Assembly (NCBI GenBank): GCA_045577615.1
Contig: JAZNIT010000064.1
Span: 1,694-65,693 of the forward strand
Reading direction: 5' to 3'
Source of the DNA: Acutalibacteraceae bacterium
Lineage (GTDB): Bacteria; Bacillota; Clostridia; Oscillospirales; Acutalibacteraceae
DNA length: 64,000 nt
Shown: positions 46,805 through 56,161 of the stretch, piece after piece
Layout of the letters: every line of letters starts with the position of its first letter
Position numbering within the stretch: position 1 is the stretch's first letter
The notes under the pieces: generated by a model
Told to the model about the DNA's origin: nothing
What the model saw: only the letters and a program-made list of their open reading frames with translations
Databases searched by the model: none
Program-made: the position numbers and the translations under genes

Positions 46805-48748
46805 TTATACATTTTGCTTTTCATAGGTATCAATTGCCTCTTTGAGTTTCTCAACAGCACTATTTATATCAATATTTTCTAGCTGACAGGCAGCCATGGA
46901 CAAATGTCCGCCACCGCCAAGTGCCTCCATAATCAGTTGCACATTTACCTTGCCATATGATCGGGCAGAAATATTAACCGTGCTGCCGGTCACAAACAGT
47001 ACGAACGAGGCATCAACCTTTTCGATACCAAGCAGTTCATCAGCCGCCTGAGCAGATGCCAATCGTACAAAATCGCTGGTGTCTTCAGTAAATGATATGG
47101 CCATCCTTCCATAAACAGTAGATAACGAAACAATCTCGGCACGGAGCTTGTAAACATCTATATTGTTTTGGAAGAAGCCCTTCACCGCTACTGTATTGGC
47201 GCCACAATTTCTCAAGAAAGCTGCAGACTCAAAAGTTCTGACGCCTGTATTAAGCACGAAATTGCGGGTGTCGAGCATTATACCTGAAAGCAACGACTCG
47301 GCCTCGGTTTTGCCAATTTTTACAGCCATATATTGCAACAATTCACTTACCATTTCGCAAGCTGAAGATGCATAGGGCTCATGATAAAATATAACCGCGT
47401 TATCAATATGGTCAACCATTTTGCGGTGGTGGTCAACAACAACCACACTGCTTGCTTTTTGATAAAGCTCAGGGGCCTCTAAAAAGCTTGGGCGATGAGT
47501 ATCGGTAATTATGAGAAGCGTATCCTTACCCATAAGCTCCATTGCTTTTTGAGGAGCAACCAGCATATCGCCATCCTTATTGTTTGCGATAATGTAATCA
47601 GCAAGCTGAGTGCACATACACTTATCACGCTGGATAACAATATTAGCAGGCTTACCAATTGCTTTAACAGCGCAGTACATACCATAACAAGAACCAAGAC
47701 TATCCAAATCTGCAAAGCGGTGGCCCATTATAAGCACATTTGAAGCGTTAGTTATAAGCTCGTTCAAGGCAGAAGCAACCATACGCGTTCTAACTCGTGA
47801 ACGCTTGGTTGTAGTCGATGAAGTGCCGCCAAAGAATTCAAAATCTTTTTTATCGCGCACTGCAGCCTGATCACCGCCGCGACCCAAGGCCATATCAAGC
47901 GCTTGCCTTGCAAAATCTTCACAGCCGGCCAAGGAGTCAGCGCCATGGCCAACACCAATTGATAACGTAGCTTTGCCTTTATCACCAAAGTCAATGGTTC
48001 TGACCTTGTTTAAAATATCAAAGCGCGTATCAACCATATAGTTGAAACCAATCTCGTTGGTTACAAGCAAAAAACGGTCTTTATTGATTTTTCTGCAGAC
48101 AGCACCAAGCTCTGACGCCCAATTTTCAATGCGCTTTTCAATAGCACTGCTGATTTGTGCGCTCTCGCTGTCTCTAGTGCCGCGCATAAGCTCATCAAGA
48201 TTATCAACGATGATATAAGCGGCAACAGGCTTACCATTTTCGTACTTGTCTTTATAATTGACAGCATCAGTTCTATCAACAAAATAGCACATAGTGAACA
48301 TGTCGGATTTGCAAGCATAAAAGCGATAATACTTACCTGCATAATATACGTTAGCACCGTCACCATAAGCATGCTCAATTAAATCGGGCATAACAATAAA
48401 GTCAGGAGCAACACCTACACAATCCTGTCCGTTAACAATTTGCTTACGAAAAGCTTGGTTATACCAATAAATCAAGCCATTCTTAACAACCATAACCGGC
48501 ACACCCAAACGCATCATTGATGAAGATGCAGGTGACATTTGATCCACAATACCTTGAATGTATTTAGCGTCTCTTTTGTGCTTTGTAATATCGTGTATCA
48601 CGCATGCTACCGTTGCTGCAACAGTTACCACAAGCTGAATAATACACAAATCGATATGATCAAGCAGTCCAAAAACAACCGCTTGTACAGCAATTATCCC
48701 CAAAAGTATGTAGGGCAAAAAGCCCAATATTGATTTTTTAAATTTCAC
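46805..48748 (-). CDS. gdpP: DHH/DHHA1 phosphodiesterase, GdpP (YybT)-like
   Basis: Two N-terminal TM helices, a degenerate GGDEF-like region, DHH (DHHR) and GGGH motifs. Synteny with rplI and dnaB. Confidence 0.85.
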   Translation of the reverse strand: MKFKKSILGFLPYILLGIIAVQAVVFGLLDHIDLCIIQLVVTVAATVACVIHDITKHKRDAKYIQGIVDQMSPASSSMMRLGVPVMVVKNGLIYWYNQAFRKQIVNGQDCVGVAPDFIVMPDLIEHAYGDGANVYYAGKYYRFYACKSDMFTMCYFVDRTDAVNYKDKYENGKPVAAYIIVDNLDELMRGTRDSESAQISSAIEKRIENWASELGAVCRKINKDRFLLVTNEIGFNYMVDTRFDILNKVRTIDFGDKGKATLSIGVGHGADSLAGCEDFARQALDMALGRGGDQAAVRDKKDFEFFGGTSSTTTKRSRVRTRMVASALNELITNASNVLIMGHRFADLDSLGSCYGMYCAVKAIGKPANIVIQRDKCMCTQLADYIIANNKDGDMLVAPQKAMELMGKDTLLIITDTHRPSFLEAPELYQKASSVVVVDHHRKMVDHIDNAVIFYHEPYASSACEMVSELLQYMAVKIGKTEAESLLSGIMLDTRNFVLNTGVRTFESAAFLRNCGANTVAVKGFFQNNIDVYKLRAEIVSLSTVYGRMAISFTEDTSDFVRLASAQAADELLGIEKVDASFVLFVTGSTVNISARSYGKVNVQLIMEALGGGGHLSMAACQLENIDINSAVEKLKEAIDTYEKQNV

Positions 48749-48766
48749 AGGCTTTCACCTCTTAAC

Positions 48767-50638
48767 TCAAACCTCCATAATTATGGGTAAAATCATTGGA
48801 GTACGTCTGGTTTTTTCATACAAATGGCGTGACAAATCGTCGCGAATTTTAGTTTTAATAAATGCCCAATCGCGGCGCGAGTAATCATAGAGGATATGAC
48901 ATACATAAGTGCGTATATCGTCGAGCAAAGACTCCGACTCTCTGACATATACAAATCCGCGGGAAACAATCTCAGGTCCTGAAACTATATCACCCGTTAC
49001 CTTATCTATAGTCATAACCACTGCAATAAGTCCGTCCTCTGCAAGATGCTTTCTGTCGCGAAGAACGATGCTGCCTACATCGCCGACACCAAGGCCGTCA
49101 ACAAGCAACTGACCGGCTTGAACTGTAGCAACTGTTTTCATACTATCTCTGGTAAACTCAACTACAGAGCCGAGCTGACCTATCATAATATTTTTGCTCT
49201 CAATTCCAATACCTTGAGCAAGCTTTGCGCTACTGTAAAGATGTCGATATTCACCATGAAGAGGCATAAAGAATTTGGGTTTTGTAAGTCCCATAATCAG
49301 CTTAAGCTCTTCTGCACAAGCGTGACCTGACACATGCACGTCGTACATCTTTTCAAAAACAACCTCTGCACCAAGTTTGAGAAGTTCGTTAATAACCCTT
49401 GACACAAGTTTTTCATTACCCGGAATGGGGGTTGCAGAAATGATAATAACGTCATCGTGGCCAACTGATACCTTGCGGTGATCAGAAAATGCCATTCTGT
49501 GAAGAGCAGACATAGGCTCGCCCTGTGAGCCTGTAGTGATGATTACAGTCTTACCTGCATCGAACTTTCTGATAGCATCAAGTCCAATCAAAATACCATC
49601 GGGAACGTTAAGATATCCCAACTCTGCCGCAACGGCAACGGTATTCTCCATACTTCTGCCTGAAACAGCAACCTTTCGGCCGTATTTGACAGCCTCATCA
49701 ATTACTTGCTGTATTCTGTGAATGTTGGATGAGAAGGTCGCAACAATAATACGCTTGCCAACCGAGCGGGCAAATATACCTGAGAAGGTGTTACCGACTA
49801 CCCTTTCGGTTTGAGTATAGCCGGGACGCTCTGCATTGGTTGAATCCATAAACAAGGCGGTTACTCCCTCTTCACCCAATTCAGCAAAACGAGCAAGGTC
49901 AATAACGTCACCGTCAATGGGAGTCATATCCACCTTAAAGTCACCTGTATGAACAAAAAGTCCTGCAGGGCAACGAATTGCCATACCCACAGCATCAGGG
50001 ATAGAATGGTTAACATGTATAAATTCAACAGAGAAACAGCCTGCTTTAATTACATCACCAGGTGATTGCTGATTAAGCATTTTGTCAGACAAGCCGTGCT
50101 CTTTAAGCTTACCTGCAATAAGTCCGATGGTAAGCTTGGTGCCGTACACAGGCACAGAAACCTCTTTAAGCAAATAAGGAATTGCGCCAATATGGTCCTC
50201 ATGGCCATGGGTTACAAAAAGGCCGCGAATACGATTGGCATTTTTAATCAAATAGGTAAAATCGGGAATAACCAAGTCGATACCGGGCATTTCTTCATCA
50301 GGAAATGACATACCGCAATCGATAATGATTATATCCTCACCGCATTCAAAAACCGTGAGATTTTTACCAATTTCCTCCAAGCCGCCAAGAGGTATTACTT
50401 TAAGAGGAACAGCGGGCATAGAAGGTGCTTGCTTTTTAGTGTAATGCTTTTGATTTGCAGGCTTGTTTGAATTAGGTTTAGTAAATTTTTTAGTTGAAGG
50501 TTTTGATGCCTTACCGGTTGTATTCTTACCCTTGTTAACTGCTTTTTTATTAGACTTGTTTGTGTTGTTTTTTGTGGTTTTATTTTTAGAATTCTTGCTT
50601 GAAAATTTTTGTTTATTTTCTACCATTAAGTTACTCAC
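48767..50638 (-). CDS. rnj: Ribonuclease J with a Lys/Asn-rich N-terminal extension
   Basis: HGHEDHIG metallo-beta-lactamase motif and a beta-CASP domain. GTG start. About 73 basic low-complexity residues precede the canonical LGGLEEIGKN. Confidence 0.9.
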   Translation of the reverse strand: MSNLMVENKQKFSSKNSKNKTTKNNTNKSNKKAVNKGKNTTGKASKPSTKKFTKPNSNKPANQKHYTKKQAPSMPAVPLKVIPLGGLEEIGKNLTVFECGEDIIIIDCGMSFPDEEMPGIDLVIPDFTYLIKNANRIRGLFVTHGHEDHIGAIPYLLKEVSVPVYGTKLTIGLIAGKLKEHGLSDKMLNQQSPGDVIKAGCFSVEFIHVNHSIPDAVGMAIRCPAGLFVHTGDFKVDMTPIDGDVIDLARFAELGEEGVTALFMDSTNAERPGYTQTERVVGNTFSGIFARSVGKRIIVATFSSNIHRIQQVIDEAVKYGRKVAVSGRSMENTVAVAAELGYLNVPDGILIGLDAIRKFDAGKTVIITTGSQGEPMSALHRMAFSDHRKVSVGHDDVIIISATPIPGNEKLVSRVINELLKLGAEVVFEKMYDVHVSGHACAEELKLIMGLTKPKFFMPLHGEYRHLYSSAKLAQGIGIESKNIMIGQLGSVVEFTRDSMKTVATVQAGQLLVDGLGVGDVGSIVLRDRKHLAEDGLIAVVMTIDKVTGDIVSGPEIVSRGFVYVRESESLLDDIRTYVCHILYDYSRRDWAFIKTKIRDDLSRHLYEKTRRTPMILPIIMEV

Positions 50639-50838
50639 TTTCTTTTAATCAATACTATATACTCTATCAATATTTATGTTAAGTAATAATACCCCTATAT
50701 TAATATGATATTATACTACACTAACATATTATTTGTCAAGAAAAGTTCGGTTGATTTAACAATAATATATCATAATCAAAACAGCAAAAAAGGGATAATA
50801 AATCTATATCTACAAATAATTTTTATGGAGGTGAAAAA

Positions 50839-50991
50839 ATGAAAAAACAACAACGCAAAAAATCAATGAAACCAACTGAAGCTGCTCTTAATACTATCGA
50901 TACAACGCCTAGCATAACCGATCCTCAAGGTATGTATACAGGAATCACAGCAGATAGCGACGAACCGATACAAGATGCCGACGATTTATAG
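50839..50991 (+). CDS. Small hypothetical protein (50 aa)
   Basis: Not in the ORF track. GGAGGTG lies 6 nt before the ATG. Translation: MKKQQRKKSMKPTEAALNTIDTTPSITDPQGMYTGITADSDEPIQDADDL. Confidence 0.5.
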   Translation: MKKQQRKKSMKPTEAALNTIDTTPSITDPQGMYTGITADSDEPIQDADDL

Positions 50992-51003
50992 CATAAAATA
51001 TTA

Positions 51004-51032
51004 TTGAAATTATATTTATTATATGCTAAAAT
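51004..51032 (+). promoter_or_regulatory. Putative promoter of comM
   Basis: TTGAAA, 17 nt, TAAAAT. Confidence 0.45.
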
Positions 51033-51064
51033 TACCATAAAATTAAAGCAAAGGTTGTTAAAAA

Positions 51065-52594
51065 ATGGTATCTGTCATTTACAGCGCAGGATTGTTCGGT
51101 ATGGACGCCTTCACTGTCGAGGTTGAAGCAGATCTTTCACAAGGCCTGCCCGGATTTGACATTGTTGGATTACCAGACACTGCTGTTAAAGAATCACGCG
51201 ACCGAGTAAGGGCCGCAATAAAAAACTGTTCTTTTGATTTCCCCGTAAGCAGAATTACTCTTAACCTTGCCCCTGCCGATTTAAGAAAAGAGGGCCCGGT
51301 TTATGATCTGCCTATACTTGTATCCATTCTTTGCGCATCGGGTCAAATCAGCGCAAAACTTGATGATGCAATGTTTGCAGGAGAACTGTCCTTAACAGGT
51401 GATTTGCGCCCTATCAACGGCGCGTTAGCAATGGTTATTCACGCAAGACAAAAAGGTTTTAAAAAGTTCTTTTTGCCTGCTCGCAATGCACCTGAGGCAT
51501 CTGTTGTTGAAGGCATTGATGTAATACCGATATCTAACGTAAAGGAATTGGTAAAGCACCTTGTTGGTGAAGAACAAATATTACCCGTTAAAGCAGAGCA
51601 ATTCACCTTTTCTGAAGAGTTTGAATATCCCGATTTCAGTGATGTAAAGGGTCAACAGATACCTAAAAAAGCACTTGAAATAGCTGCTGCAGGCGGTCAT
51701 AACGTCCTGCTAATAGGACCTCCAGGATCGGGCAAAAGTATGCTTGCAAAGCGTTTGCCTTCAATCTTGCCCGAAATGACCTTTGACGAAAAAATAGATA
51801 CTACCAAAATTCACTCAATAGCAGGGGCTTTACCTGAAGGTGTGCCGCTTATTAACAAGCGTCCCTTCCGCTCTCCACACCACACCATATCTCCTGCAGG
51901 TATGTCGGGCGGTGGCTCCATTCCCCGTCCGGGCGAAATTTCATTGGCGCATAACGGTGTACTGTTCCTTGACGAGTTACCTGAATTTCAGCGGCACACC
52001 CTAGAGGCTCTTCGACAACCCCTTGAGGACGGAGTTGTAAATATTACCCGTGTTGCAGGATCTTTGTCCTTCTCGTGCTCAATTATGTTGGTTGCGGCAA
52101 TGAATCCCTGCCCCTGCGGATATTACGGCCATCCCGGCAGAAAATGCACCTGCTCCCCTACCGCAGTTTCCAATTATCTTAACAAGGTATCCGGTCCTAT
52201 GCTTGACCGATTGGATTTGCATATTGAAGTACCGCCTGTTGAATTTGATGCATTATCAGGTGACGAGAAGGCAGAAACCTCTGAACAAATCAGAGAACGT
52301 ATAAATCGCGCACGAAAATTGCAACAAAAACGTTACGAAGGAACCGGCATATCCTGTAACGCTCGCCTTACCTCAAAGATGCTCAAGCAATTCTGTCCGC
52401 TGTCAGAAGGTGCTTCAAAAGCCTTGAAATCAGCCTTTGAACGACTCAATATGTCAGCACGTGCCTATGACAGAATTTTAAAGGTTGCAAGAACGATTGC
52501 CGACATCGACGGTGTTGAGACAATCGATACGCCTCATGTCCTGCAAGCCATACAATTACGAAGCCTTGACAGAAAATACTGGGCAAACAACTAA
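51065..52594 (+). CDS. comM: YifB/ComM family Mg-chelatase-like AAA ATPase
   Basis: 509 aa with Walker A GPPGSGKS, a Lon-like N-terminal domain and a C-terminal ChlI-like region. Confidence 0.9.
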   Translation: MVSVIYSAGLFGMDAFTVEVEADLSQGLPGFDIVGLPDTAVKESRDRVRAAIKNCSFDFPVSRITLNLAPADLRKEGPVYDLPILVSILCASGQISAKLDDAMFAGELSLTGDLRPINGALAMVIHARQKGFKKFFLPARNAPEASVVEGIDVIPISNVKELVKHLVGEEQILPVKAEQFTFSEEFEYPDFSDVKGQQIPKKALEIAAAGGHNVLLIGPPGSGKSMLAKRLPSILPEMTFDEKIDTTKIHSIAGALPEGVPLINKRPFRSPHHTISPAGMSGGGSIPRPGEISLAHNGVLFLDELPEFQRHTLEALRQPLEDGVVNITRVAGSLSFSCSIMLVAAMNPCPCGYYGHPGRKCTCSPTAVSNYLNKVSGPMLDRLDLHIEVPPVEFDALSGDEKAETSEQIRERINRARKLQQKRYEGTGISCNARLTSKMLKQFCPLSEGASKALKSAFERLNMSARAYDRILKVARTIADIDGVETIDTPHVLQAIQLRSLDRKYWANN

Positions 52595-52599
52595 AAATT

Positions 52600-52631
52600 A
52601 AAACCTCTGTGAAATTCACAGAGGTTTTTTC
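52600..52631. terminator. Bidirectional rho-independent terminator
   Basis: AAAACCTCTGTG/CACAGAGGTTTT stem. Confidence 0.75.
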
Positions 52632-52632
52632 T

Positions 52633-53589
52633 TTACAAAAACTTTTGCAAAAGCATAAATATAAGCGGAATTGTAATAACTGAAGCTGTATGAGATACCA
52701 GTGCCATTGCAGTTGCAGAGGTTGTATCCTTGCCATATGCGCTCGGTATAACTATCGTATTAAGACCCAATGGCATTGCGACAGAGCATACTCCGCAGAT
52801 AACCATTACATCGGTGATAGGTAAATATCGCGCTACAAAGATTAATGCAAACAAGAATGCAAGCGGGAAGACAACTAGTCTTAATAATGTGATGATATAA
52901 ACGCCTGCATCAGCGAACAGCTTTTTGAAGTTGAGTCCTGCAACAGTAATACCTGTAAGGAGCATAGCAACAGGTGACATACAGCTACCGGCTGCATCAA
53001 TTACAGATGAAACGTAAACAGGTAATTTAATCCCTAACAAGCCGATTGCCATACCAATAATCATACAAATAAACATTGGGTTAGTAAATCCTCTGATCCT
53101 TTGTCTGAATGTCATTTTTGCGCCGTTTTCAGGGCAAACCAACAAAGTAGGCACTGCCCAAACATAAATTATAGCCCACAAGACCAGTGTAAAAATTATG
53201 TATTGCAAAAAAATTTCAGGAAAAATTGCATTAACTATTGCGTTACCCATAAAAGAGAAATTAGAAAAGCCCAAGCCATAAACACAAATCTTTCTTTTAT
53301 CAGCATCCTTTGTGCAAAGCTTTGCACCCAAAAACGCCAGCGGGATGACAATAAGCTCTAACAACAAACTGAAAACCATCAACTTCCAGGTTGAATCGAG
53401 TTGACTGACCGTAAAGTTATCTATAAACGTGCCCATAACGAGAGCAGGAATGAAAACCGAATTTTCAAACTTACCAAGTATACCTGCAGCATCCTTATTA
53501 ACAACCTTAAAGTGTGCCAATAAAAAGCCGATAAGTATAAATATAAATAAGTATAACATTTGGTTTAGCGTTGTTGAAAAAATGCTCAT
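52633..53589 (-). CDS. AEC (auxin efflux carrier) family transporter
   Basis: 318 aa with about 10 TM helices and an AEC-like N-terminus. Confidence 0.75.
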   Translation of the reverse strand: MSIFSTTLNQMLYLFIFILIGFLLAHFKVVNKDAAGILGKFENSVFIPALVMGTFIDNFTVSQLDSTWKLMVFSLLLELIVIPLAFLGAKLCTKDADKRKICVYGLGFSNFSFMGNAIVNAIFPEIFLQYIIFTLVLWAIIYVWAVPTLLVCPENGAKMTFRQRIRGFTNPMFICMIIGMAIGLLGIKLPVYVSSVIDAAGSCMSPVAMLLTGITVAGLNFKKLFADAGVYIITLLRLVVFPLAFLFALIFVARYLPITDVMVICGVCSVAMPLGLNTIVIPSAYGKDTTSATAMALVSHTASVITIPLIFMLLQKFL

Positions 53590-53612
53590 TTATACTACCT
53601 CTAATCACAGCT

Positions 53613-53638
53613 TTAGGCGCCGCATTTGCGACGCCTAA
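53613..53638 (-). other. GC-rich hairpin between the NSS and AEC transporter genes, with no U-tract
   Basis: UUAGGCGUCGC/GCGGCGCCUAA stem of 11 bp (one G-U pair) with an AAAU loop. Confidence 0.4.
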
Positions 53639-53659
53639 AACAAAGTTTTAGAAATTTAA

Positions 53660-55021
53660 TTAAAGTCCCTCCACAATACCAAGTCCGCTTAAAACGGATG
53701 AAACAAGTATAAGAACAATGCAGATGGGTGCCATATATTTTATTACAAAGGTAAACATAGCCTTGTTCTTAAATTTTGCAGACAGCTCAACCTCTTCAAC
53801 AATCGCGGCAGGTTTAATAATATAACCAACCAAAATGCAGGTAAGCAGTGCAACGATAGGCATAACCACGCTATTGCACAAGAAATCACAGAAGGTCAAG
53901 AAGTCCATACCGATAATAGTAAATCCGGACCAAACGCCATTGCCAAGTGATGAAGGAACACCAAGCATAATGCTGATAACTATAACAAACAAGCAAGCCA
54001 ACTTTCTGTTACAGCTAAACTTGTCGCAGAAGATAGAAACAACCGTTTCCATAAGTGAGATAGATGATGTCAGTGCAGCAAAGAAAACCATAAAGAAGAA
54101 GACTGCGCCAATTATGTCGCCACCTGGCATAGTTTGAAACACCTTAGGCAGTGTAGCGAACATCAAACCGGGGCCCTGACCGATGCTCTCGGTATTACCG
54201 CCATAAAACACATAGGCAGTCGGAATAATCATCAAACCGGCAAGGAATGCAATACCTGTATCAAAAATTTCAATCTGATGAACAGAGGACTCAACATTAA
54301 CCTCTTTTTTCATATAAGAGCCATAGGTAATCATAATACCCATCGCAATGGACATTGAATAGAAAAGTTGGCCCATTGCGCCAAGAACAGTATTAACAGA
54401 GAACTTGCTGAAATCGGGGGTGATATAATACAAAACACCGTCAATAGCACCAGGCATACTGCAAATAGAATAAACAGCAATAAAAAGAGTAAGTGCAATC
54501 AAAATAGGCATAATGATTTTGCTTATCTTTTCTATACCCTTATCAACACCAAGCAATACAACAAGCGCTGTTGCACCAATAAATATTGCAAACCAAAGCA
54601 GTGGTTCTGAAGTATTGGAAATAAATCCGTTAAAATAGCCATCGACAGCAGCATTGGTAGCATCGCCGGTTGCAAAAGCAAACATATACTTGGTTACCCA
54701 ACCACCAATAACACAGTAGTAGGGCAATATTATGATTGGCACCAAAGCGGCAAGCCAACCAATAAAGGAAAAACGCTTATCAAGCTTTTTATAAGCACCC
54801 ACAACACTAAGTCCTGTCTTGCGTCCAATTGCAATTTCAGCAAGCATAAGTGCAAAGCCAAATGTTACAGCAAGTATTAAATAAACGAGCAAGAATATGC
54901 CGCCGCCATACTGAGCAGCAAGATAAGGAAAGCGCCAAATATTTCCCAAGCCGACAGCAGAACCTGCTGCAGCCAAAACAAAGCCTAACTTTCCGGTAAA
55001 ACTACTTCTCTTTGTTTCCAT
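53660..55021 (-). CDS. Sodium-dependent transporter (NSS/SNF family)
   Basis: GLGNIWRFPY signature, 453 aa. Confidence 0.92.
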   Translation of the reverse strand: METKRSSFTGKLGFVLAAAGSAVGLGNIWRFPYLAAQYGGGIFLLVYLILAVTFGFALMLAEIAIGRKTGLSVVGAYKKLDKRFSFIGWLAALVPIIILPYYCVIGGWVTKYMFAFATGDATNAAVDGYFNGFISNTSEPLLWFAIFIGATALVVLLGVDKGIEKISKIIMPILIALTLFIAVYSICSMPGAIDGVLYYITPDFSKFSVNTVLGAMGQLFYSMSIAMGIMITYGSYMKKEVNVESSVHQIEIFDTGIAFLAGLMIIPTAYVFYGGNTESIGQGPGLMFATLPKVFQTMPGGDIIGAVFFFMVFFAALTSSISLMETVVSIFCDKFSCNRKLACLFVIVISIMLGVPSSLGNGVWSGFTIIGMDFLTFCDFLCNSVVMPIVALLTCILVGYIIKPAAIVEEVELSAKFKNKAMFTFVIKYMAPICIVLILVSSVLSGLGIVEGL

Positions 55022-55032
55022 TACTACACTCC

Positions 55033-55107
55033 AAATTCGTGTTTAATGTATCTATTATTACACAAACAAGTGCTAATGGCAACAAGTTTTTTGTTAAACA
55101 CGAATTT
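55033..55107 (-). promoter_or_regulatory. 5' leader stem (14-bp perfect inverted repeat) abutting the NSS transporter RBS
   Basis: AAATTCGTGTTTAA (55033-55046) and TTAAACACGAATTT (55094-55107) are separated by 47 nt. The 3' arm ends directly before GGAGTG. Confidence 0.4.
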
Positions 55108-55193
55108 TTTTACTGTTTTATTTAATTTTTTATATTGAATGTATTGAAAAATATGTTTATAATTATTAAAACCCTTCAGAAAGGAGTGGCCGT

Positions 55194-56144
55194 TTGATTA
55201 TCGCATTGTCAGTTTTATCAGCAATAATTGTGTTTATTATATTATGCCCATTATATGCTTATATAAAAACCTTCTATGTTTCAAATAAGCAAAAGGCAAT
55301 TGGGGCTCATATGCCTGAATCACCAGAATTCAGCAAGATTTCAGACCATATACAAGAGCTTGCGGATAAGTTTGATAAAATTCCTTGCCAATGGGTAAGC
55401 ACCACCACCTTTGATGGAAAGACGCTTTTTGCAAGATATTATGAAATTGAAAAAGGCGCTCCGTTGCATATACAATTTCACGGATACAGAGGCAGCAGCT
55501 CACGAGATTTTTGTGGCGGCGCAACGTTAGCTCACAGCAGAGGTTTCAACACTCTGACGGTAGACCAACGGGCTCATGGTAAAAGTGGCGGACACACCAT
55601 TACATTTGGCATTAAAGAGCGCTATGATTGCCTCGCATGGATTAACTATGCCGTCGAAAGATTCGGTGAGGATACGCAAATCATTTTGTCAGGTATTTCG
55701 ATGGGCGGTGCCACCGTACTTATGGCTGCAGAACTTAATTTACCCAAAAACGTCATAGGCATAATGGTTGATTGTCCATTCTCATCCCCAGCTGAAATTA
55801 TTAAAAATGTGTGCAAGGTCAACTTGAAGCTGCCCACAAATATTGTTTTTCCCTTGGTCCGATTGGGCGGTTTAATATTTGGCCGTTTCGACATTTGCTC
55901 CGCAACCGCACTTGAAAGTGTAAAATCAAGCAGCCTTCCCCTGCTGATAATTCACGGCGAAACAGATACACTCGTTCCATATGAAATGAGCAAAGAGTTG
56001 TTCTTAAATTCAGGAGCGACCGATAAAAAGCTTGAGGTTTTTTTAGGCGCAGACCATGGATTAAGTTATGTGGTGGATCCAAAAAAATATGAAGAACTTT
56101 TTGATGAGTTTTGCAACAAATTAAAAATTAAAAGCGGTGTTTAA
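55194..56144 (+). CDS. Alpha/beta hydrolase with an N-terminal TM anchor
   Basis: Nucleophile elbow GISMGG. TTG start 7 nt after AAAGGAG. Confidence 0.8.
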   Translation: MIIALSVLSAIIVFIILCPLYAYIKTFYVSNKQKAIGAHMPESPEFSKISDHIQELADKFDKIPCQWVSTTTFDGKTLFARYYEIEKGAPLHIQFHGYRGSSSRDFCGGATLAHSRGFNTLTVDQRAHGKSGGHTITFGIKERYDCLAWINYAVERFGEDTQIILSGISMGGATVLMAAELNLPKNVIGIMVDCPFSSPAEIIKNVCKVNLKLPTNIVFPLVRLGGLIFGRFDICSATALESVKSSSLPLLIIHGETDTLVPYEMSKELFLNSGATDKKLEVFLGADHGLSYVVDPKKYEELFDEFCNKLKIKSGV

Positions 56145-56161
56145 CAACACCGCTTTTAATT
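56130..56161. terminator. Bidirectional rho-independent terminator
   Basis: AAAAGCGGTGTT/AACACCGCTTTT stem overlapping the hydrolase stop codon. Confidence 0.7.
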
